Below, one piece after another: positions 1 to 10,492 of a DNA stretch of 64,000 bases. Below the pieces are notes generated by a model. It saw nothing but the letters and a program-made list of their open reading frames with translations. It did no database searches and was not told the origin of the DNA. Each line of letters opens with the position of its first letter. Positions within the stretch are counted from its first letter, which is position 1. The stretch comes from an uncultured Gemmatimonadales bacterium (GTDB taxonomy: Bacteria > Gemmatimonadota > Gemmatimonadetes > Gemmatimonadales > GWC2-71-9). Where the stretch lies: contig CAWJIM010000021.1 in NCBI GenBank assembly GCA_963842945.1, positions 308,853-372,852 of the forward strand. The letters are read 5' to 3'. The position numbers and the translations under genes are program-made.

Positions 1-516
1 CAGCACGTTGTGGTGAACCACCATGACCTTGGCCAGACCAGGCGGGGCCTGCTCGAAGAGCTTCTTGATCCGTTTGGTCTCCGATCTGGGGAGGTGTCCC
101 TTGACCGCGATATCGCGCACGTTCCAGGTGAGTGAGCCCAACGAGAAACCATAGCTGCTCAACGCTCCGGCGGCGATCATGCCGGGGGCCTCCAGTACCG
201 GCCGGAGCTCGCTGTAGTAGCGGAGATATTTTGCGTACTTCCTCTTCTCGCCCAGCAGTCCGAGCGGACTCTTCCACCATTCGATATCGTGGTTTCCGGG
301 CACCACGATCGCCGGGATCTTCATCCGCATGCGATGCATGAACACATGCGCCGCCTGAAACTCTCCATGCCGGGCGCGCTGGCTGAGATCGCCGGAGACG
401 ACCAGCGCGGTGAGATTGAGGGTGGGGAGAAATTCCTCGAGCGCTTCGATCTGTTTGAGGTCGGCATATCCGCCGAAGTGCAAATCGGAGAGATGAGCGA
501 TGGTGACGATAGTCAC
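1..516 (-). CDS. Metallophosphoesterase (CpdA/Icc-like), truncated by the window edge
   Basis: Manual minus-strand translation from GTG 516 gives IAHLSDLHFG...SGDLSQ...PGNHD...HH calcineurin-like motifs; GTGA overlap with the upstream stop. Not in the ORF track. Confidence 0.85.
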   Translation of the reverse strand, partial: MTIVTIAHLSDLHFGGYADLKQIEALEEFLPTLNLTALVVSGDLSQRARHGEFQAAHVFMHRMRMKIPAIVVPGNHDIEWWKSPLGLLGEKRKYAKYLRYYSELRPVLEAPGMIAAGALSSYGFSLGSLTWNVRDIAVKGHLPRSETKRIKKLFEQAPPGLAKVMVVHHNVL

Positions 517-1985
517 CAGATTACCCGAATGCGATAGGTCAGCACCGCTTCTCCCCGGGCCGGCACCCGCACCCGGAAACGGGTGAGAGTGGAAGAAACT
601 TTTTCGGCCGGTACCGAGCTCGCCAGCACGCTCCACTCTCCGGCCCGCTCCTCCTCCACCGCGATCGTCGTCGCGCTGTCGGTGGCGTTCTTCAGGGTAA
701 CCCGGTAGTCGGCCGTAGCCACTGTGTGCACGCCCTGAGCCTTGGTGCTGTCCCGCCGGGTGACGTAGCTGGTCTGCACTCGCCTGGCGGTCAGATCGAA
801 GGCGTTGCCGGCGTTCAGCCGGAGGTCATTCCCTGCGGGGGTGTGATCCAGCGACGCCTCACCAATCAGCTGCAATCCGCCGGAGCTGTCCGGCTGGTAC
901 AACCTGGCTACGCCTGCAGGGAGCGGCCGATCGCCAAAGTCCGTCTTACGGGGACGCTCCAGGGTATACGTCACTTCCACCGGTGGCTGCAGCTCCTCAC
1001 CCTGCTGGGGGAGAAAACCCCAGTAGGGCACATCTCCATGTACCACATAGCTGCGCCCGTACTTCACCTGGACCGGATCGAACAGGGCCACCGACGTGGT
1101 TTGGCCGGGCTGCAGCGTGCTCCGCCCCGGCAACGTGTACAGGTGAAACTCGCCGACCCGCTGTTCGGTCGCAGCGTCGCGCGCCATCATGTCGGCGGCA
1201 GCAAGAGCCTGCTTCCGGGCCAGCGGTTGTGGAGGAGCACCCGGCTGCTCGGCCCGTCCGACTGAGCCGGCCAGAAGGTGGACTTCCGCATTCTCGGCCC
1301 GCAGCGATTCGGACGGCAGTACGGCCATGCCGGTAACTCGGGCATCCTCCCGCGCCAGCACCATTTGATAGCTCGCCTGCCAGGAGGCTCCGCTGGTGAA
1401 GTAGCCCAGCCGCATCTGATCTCGAGAGCGGGCGCTCCGAACGGCGAGCGACACGGTGGGCTCCACGACCACGACGTCGCGGGGGTAGAGCGCCAGGCCG
1501 GGCGGAGTGAAGCTGATCCGGCCGTCCGGCAGCTGCAGCCGGAGCGGGTCCACCCCCAGCACCAGGGCGCTCACGGTATCGCGGGGATCGCTGAGCCGAA
1601 AGACCAGCCGCTTACCCACCGAGCGCCGTAGCACGCTGGCCTCATCCACCGCGCCGTCATAGGAAACGCGGTCCACAATCACCGACGAATCCAGTGAAAA
1701 GATTGTTGCCGGATCCAGCGCGCCCAGCGTCAGCCGCTGGTTGGAAGCTCCCTTGGGGATAGTGGCCGGAACACTGCGCCGGACCAGCACCCGGCCGTCG
1801 TTGTAGATGGTGAGGGAGGTCTGGGCGTGCAGAGGAGCAGCGAGGCAGAGGGGCAGCAGGGCAGCTATGGCAAGAAGCGTGGCCGAACTGCGCAGCAGTG
1901 ACCCGACCGAGCCTACCCATTCGCCTAAATGGCCTCGACTGAAGTTCTGCCCCGCTGCCCTGCTGCCCCGCTGCCCGTCTGTCAT
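513..1985 (-). CDS. DUF4139 domain secreted protein
   Basis: LTIYNDG, WQASY, EFHLYTL and LPAGVARLY motifs; signal peptide ending LHA-Q; ATG 1985 overlaps the upstream stop (start inferred). Confidence 0.8.
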   Translation of the reverse strand: MTDGQRGSRAAGQNFSRGHLGEWVGSVGSLLRSSATLLAIAALLPLCLAAPLHAQTSLTIYNDGRVLVRRSVPATIPKGASNQRLTLGALDPATIFSLDSSVIVDRVSYDGAVDEASVLRRSVGKRLVFRLSDPRDTVSALVLGVDPLRLQLPDGRISFTPPGLALYPRDVVVVEPTVSLAVRSARSRDQMRLGYFTSGASWQASYQMVLAREDARVTGMAVLPSESLRAENAEVHLLAGSVGRAEQPGAPPQPLARKQALAAADMMARDAATEQRVGEFHLYTLPGRSTLQPGQTTSVALFDPVQVKYGRSYVVHGDVPYWGFLPQQGEELQPPVEVTYTLERPRKTDFGDRPLPAGVARLYQPDSSGGLQLIGEASLDHTPAGNDLRLNAGNAFDLTARRVQTSYVTRRDSTKAQGVHTVATADYRVTLKNATDSATTIAVEEERAGEWSVLASSVPAEKVSSTLTRFRVRVPARGEAVLTYRIRVIW

Positions 1986-2272
1986 TTCATATACTCCATT
2001 GCCACTTGAGTGGCGATACGACGAACGATGATGTAGGTGGCCAGGACCGCGATGACCCCGTACAACCGCGCCATGGGGGCGCCGGTCATGCGCAGCGCAA
2101 CGTACGCCGCCATCAGCACCGTTGCGGCGAGGGAGATGCGGCTGGCAAGTCTTCTTGCACGGACCTTTCGCTCGCGCAGACAGTCCGGGCACAGCTCGCC
2201 CCAGCCCAGTCCCCACACCCGCCGCCCGCACCGGCCGCAGGGAACCTCAGGCTGCCCGTCTCGCAACCGCAT
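1982..2272 (-). CDS. Small membrane protein with CxxC...CxxC zinc-ribbon-like N-terminus
   Basis: CGRC...CPDC followed by two hydrophobic helices; packed within the operon. Confidence 0.6.
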   Translation of the reverse strand: MRLRDGQPEVPCGRCGRRVWGLGWGELCPDCLRERKVRARRLASRISLAATVLMAAYVALRMTGAPMARLYGVIAVLATYIIVRRIATQVAMEYMK

Positions 2273-3263
2273 GTCCGAACTCCTCCGTGCTGGCGGTGCC
2301 TCCAAGGTCCCGGGTGCGGATTCCGTCGCTCACGATCGTGGTGACAATGGCATTCCGGATCCGCTCGGCCCGGTCCAGCTCACCGATATGATCCAGCATC
2401 ATGGCGGCGGCAAACATCTGGGCGGAAGGGTTGGCGAGGCCCTTACCGGCAATGTCCGGAGCGCTTCCATGCACGGCCTCGAAGATCGCGGCCTTGGCCC
2501 CGATGTTGGCGCCCGGCGCGAGCCCCAGTCCGCCCACCAGACCGGACACCTCATCACTCAGGATGTCGCCAAACATGTTTGTGGTCACCATGACGTCGAA
2601 CTGCTCCGGGCGCATCACCAGCTGCATTGCGGTGTTGTCCACGATCATGTCGTTGGATTCGATTTTGCCTTCATAGTCCTTGGCAATGCTGCGGCCCACC
2701 TCCAGAAACAGGCCGCTTACCATCTTCAGGATGTTGGCCTTGTGCACGATGGTGACCTTGCGGCGGCCGTGCTTTACGGCGTAATCGAAGGCATACCGGA
2801 TTATCCGCTCGCAGCCCCGCCGGGTGACGATCGCCATGGACTCCCCCACCGCCCGGGGATCATCGCCGATGGCGATAAAGTGCTCCACCCCGATGTAGAG
2901 TCCCTCGAGGTTCTCCCGTACCAGCACGATGTCCACGTTTTCGAAGCGTCCACCGGGAACGATGGTGCGGGCGGGGCGAACGTTGGCGAACAACTCGAAT
3001 TCCTTGCGCAGGCCCACGTTGACCGAACGAAATCCGGTGCCCACGGGCGTGGTCAGCGGTCCTTTGAGTGCCAAGGCGTTCTTTCGGATGCTCTCCACCG
3101 TGGCGTCGGGGAGCGGTGTACCGGTGGCTTCCACCGCGGCCACGCCGGCCAGCTCTTCGTCCCAGTTGAAGCGGAGCCCGGTGGCCTCCAGCACCTTCAC
3201 CGTCTGCGTGGTGATCTCTGGTCCAATGCCGTCGCCAGGGATCAACGTGACATCGTAGGTCAT
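2247..3263 (-). CDS. Isocitrate/isopropylmalate dehydrogenase family, probably NAD-dependent isocitrate dehydrogenase
   Basis: VTLIPGDGIGPEI, SVNVGLRK, VHKANI, NMFGDILSD, FEAVHGSAPDIAG. Confidence 0.9.
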   Translation of the reverse strand: MTYDVTLIPGDGIGPEITTQTVKVLEATGLRFNWDEELAGVAAVEATGTPLPDATVESIRKNALALKGPLTTPVGTGFRSVNVGLRKEFELFANVRPARTIVPGGRFENVDIVLVRENLEGLYIGVEHFIAIGDDPRAVGESMAIVTRRGCERIIRYAFDYAVKHGRRKVTIVHKANILKMVSGLFLEVGRSIAKDYEGKIESNDMIVDNTAMQLVMRPEQFDVMVTTNMFGDILSDEVSGLVGGLGLAPGANIGAKAAIFEAVHGSAPDIAGKGLANPSAQMFAAAMMLDHIGELDRAERIRNAIVTTIVSDGIRTRDLGGTASTEEFGHAVARRAA

Positions 3264-3916
3264 GGACTTCCGGACACCGGCAGAAGAGCGGCCATCGCTG
3301 CCTTGATCGCCTGATCGGGCGAGCCCCCGCGGCCGTAAGAGACACTCCGCCACACCACTTTGCCGCTTCGGGTATCCGCCAGGACCATCGTCAAGTCGGC
3401 CCGGATCTGGCCGTTGGGCTCGGGGCCAAAACCGAGCGAGGCCGGCACCAGGGCCATCCTGCCCCCGACCAAGGCCACCAGCCCGCGCAGGGAAGACCGG
3501 AGGGGATCCGGCACCTTGGTCATGTTGGGTGAGCGAAGCACGGCCTGTCCCATCTGATCGGGGTCCTCGACAAAGCCGGCCGCCCGGCGCGCAACTTTGC
3601 GGACTTCGGGTGGAAGCACCCAGTGGACCTCGGGGCCTCGGCTCACCAGCCCCTCACCAATGAGGGAATCGGCGCGAAGCAACGCCGGCCGGTGCTCCTT
3701 GTAGGGAGCATAGGCGGTGCTGGTCTCGAGTTCGGGATCGGCGACGACGAGAGTGATGGGAAGGACTGCAATGTTCTGGCCCGAGAGCATGCCGACGGGC
3801 AGCACCGGGACCGGCGGTAGTGGCTTCAGCTCGTCTTGCGCGTGCAGACTGCAGGCGACCAGCGCCAGCAGCCCCGCGTGGAACGCGGACCAGCAGCGTC
3901 GGGGAGTGGGAGGCAT
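3260..3916 (-). CDS. Hypothetical secreted protein
   Basis: 218-aa ORF, signal peptide SLHA-Q, stop overlaps the dehydrogenase start. Confidence 0.65.
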   Translation of the reverse strand: MPPTPRRCWSAFHAGLLALVACSLHAQDELKPLPPVPVLPVGMLSGQNIAVLPITLVVADPELETSTAYAPYKEHRPALLRADSLIGEGLVSRGPEVHWVLPPEVRKVARRAAGFVEDPDQMGQAVLRSPNMTKVPDPLRSSLRGLVALVGGRMALVPASLGFGPEPNGQIRADLTMVLADTRSGKVVWRSVSYGRGGSPDQAIKAAMAALLPVSGSP

Positions 3917-3939
3917 CGTGAAAACTTAAGTGGTGACTC

Positions 3940-4806
3940 TCACTCCAGGGAGAGTCCTCCGTCCACCACGATCGTCTGTCCGGTGATATGACGGGCAGAG
4001 TCAGAGCAGAGAAAGGAAATGACGTGGGCGACATCGTCGGGCTCCGCGACCCGGCCGAGCACCGAGCTTTTCTGGGCTCGTTCGATCACCTCGGAGGGAA
4101 GCATTCCCATTCGCTCGGTGCGGATGAATCCGGGGGCAACCGCGTTGACGTTGACGTTGGCGGGCCCCAGCTCCACCGCGGCGGCGCGGGTAAGACCCAG
4201 CAATGCTGCTTTGCTGGCCGCATAATTGGCCACGCCGAACCCGGGACGCTCGGCCTGATGCGCGCTCACGCTCACGATCTTCCCGAAGTGCTGGGCCCGG
4301 AAAATCGGTGCCACGGCCCGAATACAATTGAAAGTTCCGGTCACATTGGTCTCCAGCACCTCGGACCAGGCTTCCTGAGAGAGACGCCAGAGTGCCCCGT
4401 CGTTCGCAATGCCGGCATTGTTGACCAGGAAGTGAACGCCGCCCAGCCGCTGCTTGGTTTCCCGCACGAATTCCTCGACCGCTGCACGATCGCGGACGTC
4501 GCAGCGTTGGGCGTAGACCTGAATTCCCGTTCCCGTGAGAGCGGTCTCGGTCAACAGAGCCTGCTCGCTCACATCGCGTCCAGGCATGCTGACAAAGCAG
4601 AATGCCACGTGGCAGCCCAACCGGCCAAACTCCATGCAGATGTGCCGGCCCAGTCCGGTGGCTCCCCCGGTGACGATGACCACCTTGCCGCGCCAGCCCC
4701 TTACGATGGGCTGGCGGCGGGGTTCCTCGAGGGCGGCACCGGTTCCCTCCGGTGCCTCATACTCCCATGAGGGCCGGTGACCGAAGCCAAACGGTGGCAA
4801 AGGCAT
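3940..4806 (-). CDS. SDR family oxidoreductase (FabG-like)
   Basis: TGGATGLG, NNAGI, YAASK, VAPGFI, ITGQTIVVDGG. Confidence 0.9.
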   Translation of the reverse strand: MPLPPFGFGHRPSWEYEAPEGTGAALEEPRRQPIVRGWRGKVVIVTGGATGLGRHICMEFGRLGCHVAFCFVSMPGRDVSEQALLTETALTGTGIQVYAQRCDVRDRAAVEEFVRETKQRLGGVHFLVNNAGIANDGALWRLSQEAWSEVLETNVTGTFNCIRAVAPIFRAQHFGKIVSVSAHQAERPGFGVANYAASKAALLGLTRAAAVELGPANVNVNAVAPGFIRTERMGMLPSEVIERAQKSSVLGRVAEPDDVAHVISFLCSDSARHITGQTIVVDGGLSLE

Positions 4807-4830
4807 GGAGGTCGAAGCTACGGGCGGGAA

Positions 4831-4895
4831 TAAGGACGGGCAAGACGGGAAGGACGGGTAAGACGGGAACCTTTCCCCTACTTCCTGTCTTCCTT
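4831..4895. repeat. 9-mer tandem array (AAGACGGGN-like x4) with partial inverted copy
   Basis: aaggacgggc-aagacggga-aggacgggt-aagacggga followed by cttcctgtcttcc, between divergent SDR and cstA. Confidence 0.7.
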
Positions 4896-4906
4896 AACGT
4901 TCGAGC

Positions 4907-6946
4907 ATGCTGCTCAAGTATCTCGGCTGGCTGGTGCTGGCCGTCGCCGGCGCGGTTGCCTGGGGCATGTTGGGCCTGCATCGCGGTGAGACCATCAGCG
5001 CCGCCTGGTTGGTGCTGGCCGCTGTGGGCACCTACCTCCTGGCGTATCGCTTTTACAGTCGCTTCCTGGCCACCAAGGTGTTTGGACTCAACGACCGGCG
5101 AGCCACTCCGGCCGAGCGCCTGATGAACGGCCGAGACTTCGTGCCGACGTCTCGCTGGGTGCTCTTCGGACATCACTTTGCCGCTATTGCCGGAGCCGGA
5201 CCGCTGGTAGGCCCGGTGCTGGCGGCTCAGTTCGGTTACCTGCCCGGCGCTATATGGATCGTCTTTGGCGTGGTGCTGGGCGGAGCAGTCCAGGATTTCG
5301 TGATCCTCTTCGGCTCCATGCGGCGAGACGGCAAGTCGCTGGGGCAGATGGCCAAGGAGGAGACCGGCCCGATCACCGGCATCCTCGCCATGGTGGCTGT
5401 GCTGGCCATCATGGTCATCCTGCTGGCGGTTCTGGCGCTCGTGGTGGTCAACGCGCTGAAGGACAGCCCCTGGGGAATCTTTACCATCCTCTGCACCATA
5501 CCGATCGCCGTCCTGATGGGCTTCTGGATGAAGGTCTGGCGCCCCGGCCGCACACTGGAGGCATCGGTTGTGGGCGTGGTGCTGCTCCTGCTGGCGCTCG
5601 TCGGTGGGAGATACGTCGCAGGATCACCCGGTCTGGCTCCCTACTTCACCGCCTCCGGATTGACCATCGCCTATGGCTTGATCGCCTACGGGTTCATTGC
5701 CAGTGTGCTCCCGGTATGGATGCTGCTCTGCCCCCGGGACTATCTCTCGACCTTCATGAAGATCGGGACGATTCTTCTGCTGGCCGTGGGCATTCTCATC
5801 GCCCTGCCTCCGCTGAAGCTTCCGGCTCTGACTCGATTCATCGACGGCACCGGCCCGGTCTTCGCCGGCAAGCTCTTTCCCTTTGCCTTCATCACCATCG
5901 CCTGCGGCGCGATCAGCGGGTTTCACGCCCTCGTCGCCTCGGGCACCACGCCCAAGATGCTGACCCGCGAAAGCGATGCCCGCCTGATCGGCTATGGCGG
6001 AATGTTGATGGAGTCGTTCGTGGCGGTCATGGCCTTGTGTGCCGCCGCCTTGCTCGAGCCGGGAGTGTACTTCGCCATCAACGCTCCGCTCGCGACGCTC
6101 GGTGGAAGTCTGGAATCAGCGGTTGGGGTGATCCGGAATTGGGGCTTCACGGTTACGTCCGAGCAGCTTCAGGGACTGGCTTCGGCTGTGGGCGAGAAGA
6201 GTCTGCTCGGCAGAACCGGCGGCGCACCGTCACTGGCGGTGGGCATGGCGCACATCTTCAGCTCCGCATTCGGCAGCGGCCTGATGGCGCTGTGGTATCA
6301 CTTCGCCATCATGTTCGAAGCGCTGTTCATCCTCACCACCATTGATACCGGAACCCGGGTGGGCCGCTTCATGCTGCAGGAGCTGGCCGGGCATGTCTGG
6401 CGTCCGCTGGGCAGAACCTCCTGGTACCCGAGCACCGTGCTGGCGTCCGGGCTGGTGGTGGCAGGCTGGGGGTACTTTCTGGTCCAGGGCGTCCTCGACC
6501 CGCTGGGAGGCATCAACTCGCTCTGGCCCCTGTTCGGCATCAGCAATCAGCTGCTGGCGGCGGTGGCACTGTGCGTCGGCACCACCCTGATCATCAAGAG
6601 CGGCAGAGCCCGCTACGCCTGGGTCACGCTGCTGCCGCTGTGTGGGGTGCTGACCGTGACACTGACCGCCGGCTGGCAGAAGATTTTTGCGGCCGACCCC
6701 AGGCTGGGCTTCCTCTCCCATGCTGCAGCGGTAGCGTCCCAGATCTCGGCAGGGACAGTGGACCCCACCCACGGCGCCAGGCTGATCTTCAACGACCGGC
6801 TGGACGCCGTACTGACCATGATCTTCATCGTGGTCACGGTGCTGGTGGTGCTCTCCTCGGCCAGGGAATGGGTGTTGATCCTCACCCGGCGTAAACCTGC
6901 CCGAGTGCAGGAGTCTCCTTTTGTGGAGACGGCATATGCGGGGTGA
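4907..6946 (+). CDS. cstA: Carbon starvation protein A (peptide/pyruvate transporter)
   Basis: FGHHFAAIAGAGPLVGP, ACGAISGFH, GRTGGAPSLAVGMA, WPLFGISNQLLA. Confidence 0.95.
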   Translation: MLLKYLGWLVLAVAGAVAWGMLGLHRGETISAAWLVLAAVGTYLLAYRFYSRFLATKVFGLNDRRATPAERLMNGRDFVPTSRWVLFGHHFAAIAGAGPLVGPVLAAQFGYLPGAIWIVFGVVLGGAVQDFVILFGSMRRDGKSLGQMAKEETGPITGILAMVAVLAIMVILLAVLALVVVNALKDSPWGIFTILCTIPIAVLMGFWMKVWRPGRTLEASVVGVVLLLLALVGGRYVAGSPGLAPYFTASGLTIAYGLIAYGFIASVLPVWMLLCPRDYLSTFMKIGTILLLAVGILIALPPLKLPALTRFIDGTGPVFAGKLFPFAFITIACGAISGFHALVASGTTPKMLTRESDARLIGYGGMLMESFVAVMALCAAALLEPGVYFAINAPLATLGGSLESAVGVIRNWGFTVTSEQLQGLASAVGEKSLLGRTGGAPSLAVGMAHIFSSAFGSGLMALWYHFAIMFEALFILTTIDTGTRVGRFMLQELAGHVWRPLGRTSWYPSTVLASGLVVAGWGYFLVQGVLDPLGGINSLWPLFGISNQLLAAVALCVGTTLIIKSGRARYAWVTLLPLCGVLTVTLTAGWQKIFAADPRLGFLSHAAAVASQISAGTVDPTHGARLIFNDRLDAVLTMIFIVVTVLVVLSSAREWVLILTRRKPARVQESPFVETAYAG

Positions 6947-7169
6947 AGGCAGGGCAGCGGGGCAGCCGGGCAGCGCGTCAGCCGGCGTACGGGCGGTGCT
7001 TCGGCGTGCGCTGTCAGCCGTGCGGCGCATTGCGGGCATGCCGGATTACGTGGCCTACGTGGAGCATCTGCGCCGTCACCATCCCGACCGGCCGGTGCCG
7101 ACGGAGCGGGAGTTCTACGATGAGTTCACGCGGGTGCGCTACGGCGATGGCCCCACCCGCTGCTGTTAG
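6943..7169 (+). CDS. YbdD/YjiX family CstA-associated small protein
   Basis: GMPDYVAYVEHLRRHHP...RCC C-terminus directly after cstA; start uncertain (GTGA-coupled start implies a frameshift). Confidence 0.85.
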
Positions 7170-8083
7170 CTCCCAGCTTCTAGCTCCCAGCTTCCAGCTT
7201 CTTCACCCAGTCGGTTAGCCATTGGCCCGGTCCGCGAAATCACCGCGGAACTGTCATTGGCCAGAAAATCGTAGCCACCCCGCGCGAGGCTGGAATCCGC
7301 ATAGACGCCTCGCCTCCGGGCCTCCGCTCGGGCGTCCAGCAGCGCTTGCAGACTCTCCTCGGTTCCGATCCAGAGCAATCCATCCGATGCCCTGATGGCG
7401 TATCGCTTGGGGACTCGGAAGCTGTCCGGCGCGGCGTAGACCCGGGCAAGCAGTGGGATCAGCTTCGGGTCGGTGAAATACGACAGCAGCGTGAGATAGC
7501 GAACCCGGAACTCTTCCGTGTCTGCGGTGCGGAAGCGGGCGGCGACCGAATCGGCGGCACCGGCTTTCAACCGCCCGAGGACCCAGGCGTCACCATGGTC
7601 GTAATCCTTGTTCGGAATCCGCCGCAGGATGTCGGCCAGAACGGCCGAATCACCCTGCACCGTGCGCCGTCGCTCCAGGAGGATGGCCTGAAGAGACGGC
7701 AACAAGTCCTCCGCCTTAAGACCGGGATTGCCGGGGAACGGAGGGAAGGGCGCGCCCTCCAGCCGCCGGCGCAGTTGGCCCGCGCTATCGGCATAGAGTC
7801 GACTCCTGAGCTCGGCGAGACGCGTCAGCCCGATCAGCGCCGAGTTCCAGTCTCCCGTTCCGGCCAGCGCCGAGCGCATCAAGCGCCAAAGCCGGGCGGG
7901 CGAGCGGGAGCGCTGGATAGCGGTGACGGAGTCGGCCTGCGGGGTTCCGGCTTTCAGGGCTTCGTGCAGCTCGGAATAGGTGGCCCGGGTGGAATCGCCC
8001 ACCCGAACCTGAACCTGCCCGGCGGCGGGTCGCGGGGACACTCCGGCCAGAGCCAGAAAGACGACGAGCGCTCGCCGGCTCAC
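7166..8083 (-). CDS. Hypothetical secreted protein
   Basis: GGAGGAG RBS and GTG 8083, signal peptide RRALVVFLALAG...AAG-Q; fused to the MFS in the ORF track only by a frameshift. Confidence 0.65.
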   Translation of the reverse strand: MSRRALVVFLALAGVSPRPAAGQVQVRVGDSTRATYSELHEALKAGTPQADSVTAIQRSRSPARLWRLMRSALAGTGDWNSALIGLTRLAELRSRLYADSAGQLRRRLEGAPFPPFPGNPGLKAEDLLPSLQAILLERRRTVQGDSAVLADILRRIPNKDYDHGDAWVLGRLKAGAADSVAARFRTADTEEFRVRYLTLLSYFTDPKLIPLLARVYAAPDSFRVPKRYAIRASDGLLWIGTEESLQALLDARAEARRRGVYADSSLARGGYDFLANDSSAVISRTGPMANRLGEEAGSWELEAGS

Positions 8084-9373
8084 GGTGCTCCTCCACGGGA
8101 ATCTGATTGCGCCGACACCGAACCGGTGCCTGCGGGCGAGACCGCCAACCAGGCTACCACCGATGCCAGCATTCCCGCGGCCGAAGCCCATAGTGCCGCG
8201 TGCCCTCCAACTGATTGATAGAGCTCCCCAAATACCAAACCCGCCGGGAGTGCGGCGATCCCGGTGAGCGCGTGGTAGGCCCCGAACCCCCGCCCCATCC
8301 GCACCGGGGCGAGCCGGGCAATCATGCTGCGCTCCCCGGACTCGGTGAGGCCGGCGACCAGGCCTAACACAAGGAACAGGGTAACTAGCCGCCACCGGCC
8401 CGACCATGAGGCCGAGGGCAAATGCGATCAAGGCAAAGAGAATCCCGCCTGCCGCGACCACCAAACGGGCCCCTCGCCGGTCGGACAGACGGCCCCCGGG
8501 ATAGGAGCTGGCACTCCGTACCACATGGAGACCGGCCCAGATCAGGGGAACCAGAGCAACCGGCACGCCGCGGTCCTGCAGCCGAAGGATCAGGAGAGTC
8601 TCGGGAAGCCGAAAGAAGCTGAGGGCGGTAAGGGCGAGCAGGGGGGGCCAGAGCGAGTCGCGAGTCGGGAGACTCGAGTCGCGAGTTGACGGTTTCGAGT
8701 CTGAGGTCGAAGGGCTGGACCCGGACGTAGTCTCGTGACTCGTGACTCGTGACTCGCGACTCGCGCGCAACACCCCCGCCAACACCACGAAGGCCACCAC
8801 TCCGGGCACCACACTCCAGCCGATGACGCTTCGGACGTCGGCCCCCTGCCGCAGGAGCCACCAGGCGGCGAGTGAGCCGAGAACCGCGCCGAAGTGATCG
8901 GCACCCCGGTGATAGCCGAAGGCGCGGCCTCTGAGCTCCGGGGGGGTGATCTCCGCGATCAGCGCGTCGCGCGGTGGGGTCCGGAGGCCTTTCCCGATCC
9001 TGTCGACCACCCGAAAGCCCACCACCTGCCACGCCGCACTGGTGCTCGCTATCAGCGGGCGCACCAGAACGGCGGTCGCATAGCCTGCCAGGATCAGAGG
9101 CCGCCGCCAGCCGGGTCGGTCGGCCAGGCGACCGCTGATCCACTTCAGTGCGGACGCCGTCAGCTCCGACGCCCCGTCCAGCAGGCCGAGCGTCACCGCA
9201 CTGCCTCCCAGAGTGCGGGTGACAAAAGCCGGAAGGAGGGGATACACCATCTCGCTGGCGAAGTCGTTGAACAGCGAGACCAACGAGAGCCCTTTGACCC
9301 CAGCCGGGACCCCGGAGTCCTCCCCGCCCTGCCTCGTGTCAGGGGCAGCCATATCGGTCCGGTTTGAGGGCAT
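8080..9373 (-). CDS. MFS transporter (frameshift near 8385)
   Basis: SLFNDFASEMVYPLLP, GRLADR, DRIGKGLRTPPRDALIA; C-terminus continues in ORF 8080..8421. Confidence 0.85.
8655..8765. repeat. Inverted 7-mer arrays (GAGTCGC / GACTCGT) inside the MFS coding sequence
   Basis: gagtcgc-gagtcgg-gagactc-gagtcgc ... gactcgt-gactcgt-gactcgc-gactcgc; translated as SRESRVTSHE...STRDSSLPTRDS. Confidence 0.75.
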
Positions 9374-9459
9374 AGGCGGAGAATGTAAGTCGGTGACGGC
9401 GGTCCGGCTCCGTGACGCCTGACCTGCGGCGGATGAATGGGCGGCTATATCTTGTCGGC

Positions 9460-10491
9460 ATGCATGCCGAACCCGCCCGGTTTCACGAGTCCAACCTCTG
9501 GTCCACCCCCATCCGGGATCTCGGTCTCACCATCGAAGGCACCCGGCTGGAGCCGATCCTGGCCGAGTTCACCGAGGAGCTTCGCCGGATCGGAATCACC
9601 CGGGTCCGGCCCCGGTTCTATCTCTCCACCGAATGGGGCGTCCCCTTCGAGACCGTGGCCATAGCGATTCCCTTCTACCTGGCCCGGCCCGATCTCACCG
9701 CCCTGCATGCTGAAAGGGTGGGGCACGTGGAGGGTTTTGACCGGGCCGACATCCTCAAGTACCTGCGGCACGAGATGGGGCACGTGATCAACTACGCCTA
9801 CCGTCTTTACGACCAGGAGGAGTGGGTCAAGCAGTTCGGCTCGATCACCCAGCCGTATTTCGAGGAGTACCGGCCCGAGCCGTTCAGCCGGCGGTACGTC
9901 CGACATCTGCCGGGCTGGTACGCGCAGAAGCATCCGGATGAGGACTGGTCGGAGACCTTTGCCATATGGATGACCCCGGGCCTGGACTGGCGGGCGGAAT
10001 ACGGCGGCTGGCCCGTGGCTTACGCCAAGCTCACCTACTGCAGCCGGACCATGAACGCGCTGCGTGACAGGGACCCCGAGGTGACCAGCAGTGAGCTGGA
10101 TGAGGACGTGGCGGAGATCGAGTACTCGCTGGACCAGTACTACGGCCGCTCGTCCGACTCACCCGGGGAGTTGCCGCCCGGTCTGGATGGGGCCATTCGG
10201 GCCATCTTCGAGGATCTGGGAAGCTTCGACCGCCCGTCGCTCGACGGTCCGCTCAAGCCTGCCGCCGACCTGATCCGCCGGCTGGAGCCCGAGCTCATGG
10301 CCAACGTGTTCCGCTGGACCGGTCATTTTCCGGAGCGGACCCGGGTTCTGCTCCGCTATCTCGCGGAGCGCGCGGCCCAACTGGAACAGGGATATCCGGG
10401 GGAACGAGAGGACTCGGCCATCATCGGCCTGACCACCCTGGTGACCGGGCTGGCGATGAACCACGTGCAGCGGGGAAGTTATTTGCCGTGA
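9460..10491 (+). CDS. Putative zinc-binding metallopeptidase (Peptidase_Mx-like)
   Basis: LRHEMGH (HExxH) and WYAQKHPDEDWSETF. Confidence 0.8.
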   Translation: MHAEPARFHESNLWSTPIRDLGLTIEGTRLEPILAEFTEELRRIGITRVRPRFYLSTEWGVPFETVAIAIPFYLARPDLTALHAERVGHVEGFDRADILKYLRHEMGHVINYAYRLYDQEEWVKQFGSITQPYFEEYRPEPFSRRYVRHLPGWYAQKHPDEDWSETFAIWMTPGLDWRAEYGGWPVAYAKLTYCSRTMNALRDRDPEVTSSELDEDVAEIEYSLDQYYGRSSDSPGELPPGLDGAIRAIFEDLGSFDRPSLDGPLKPAADLIRRLEPELMANVFRWTGHFPERTRVLLRYLAERAAQLEQGYPGEREDSAIIGLTTLVTGLAMNHVQRGSYLP

Positions 10492-10492
10492 T

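Noticed and set aside
7038..7169. YbdD/YjiX protein as a selenoprotein (some homologs end in CU)
   Set aside because: It ends TGC-TGT-TAG, so this is the Cys-Cys form.
7166..9373. 735-aa MFS fusion to a soluble domain in the ORF track
   Set aside because: Artefact of a frameshift near 8385; the downstream gene has its own RBS, GTG and signal peptide.
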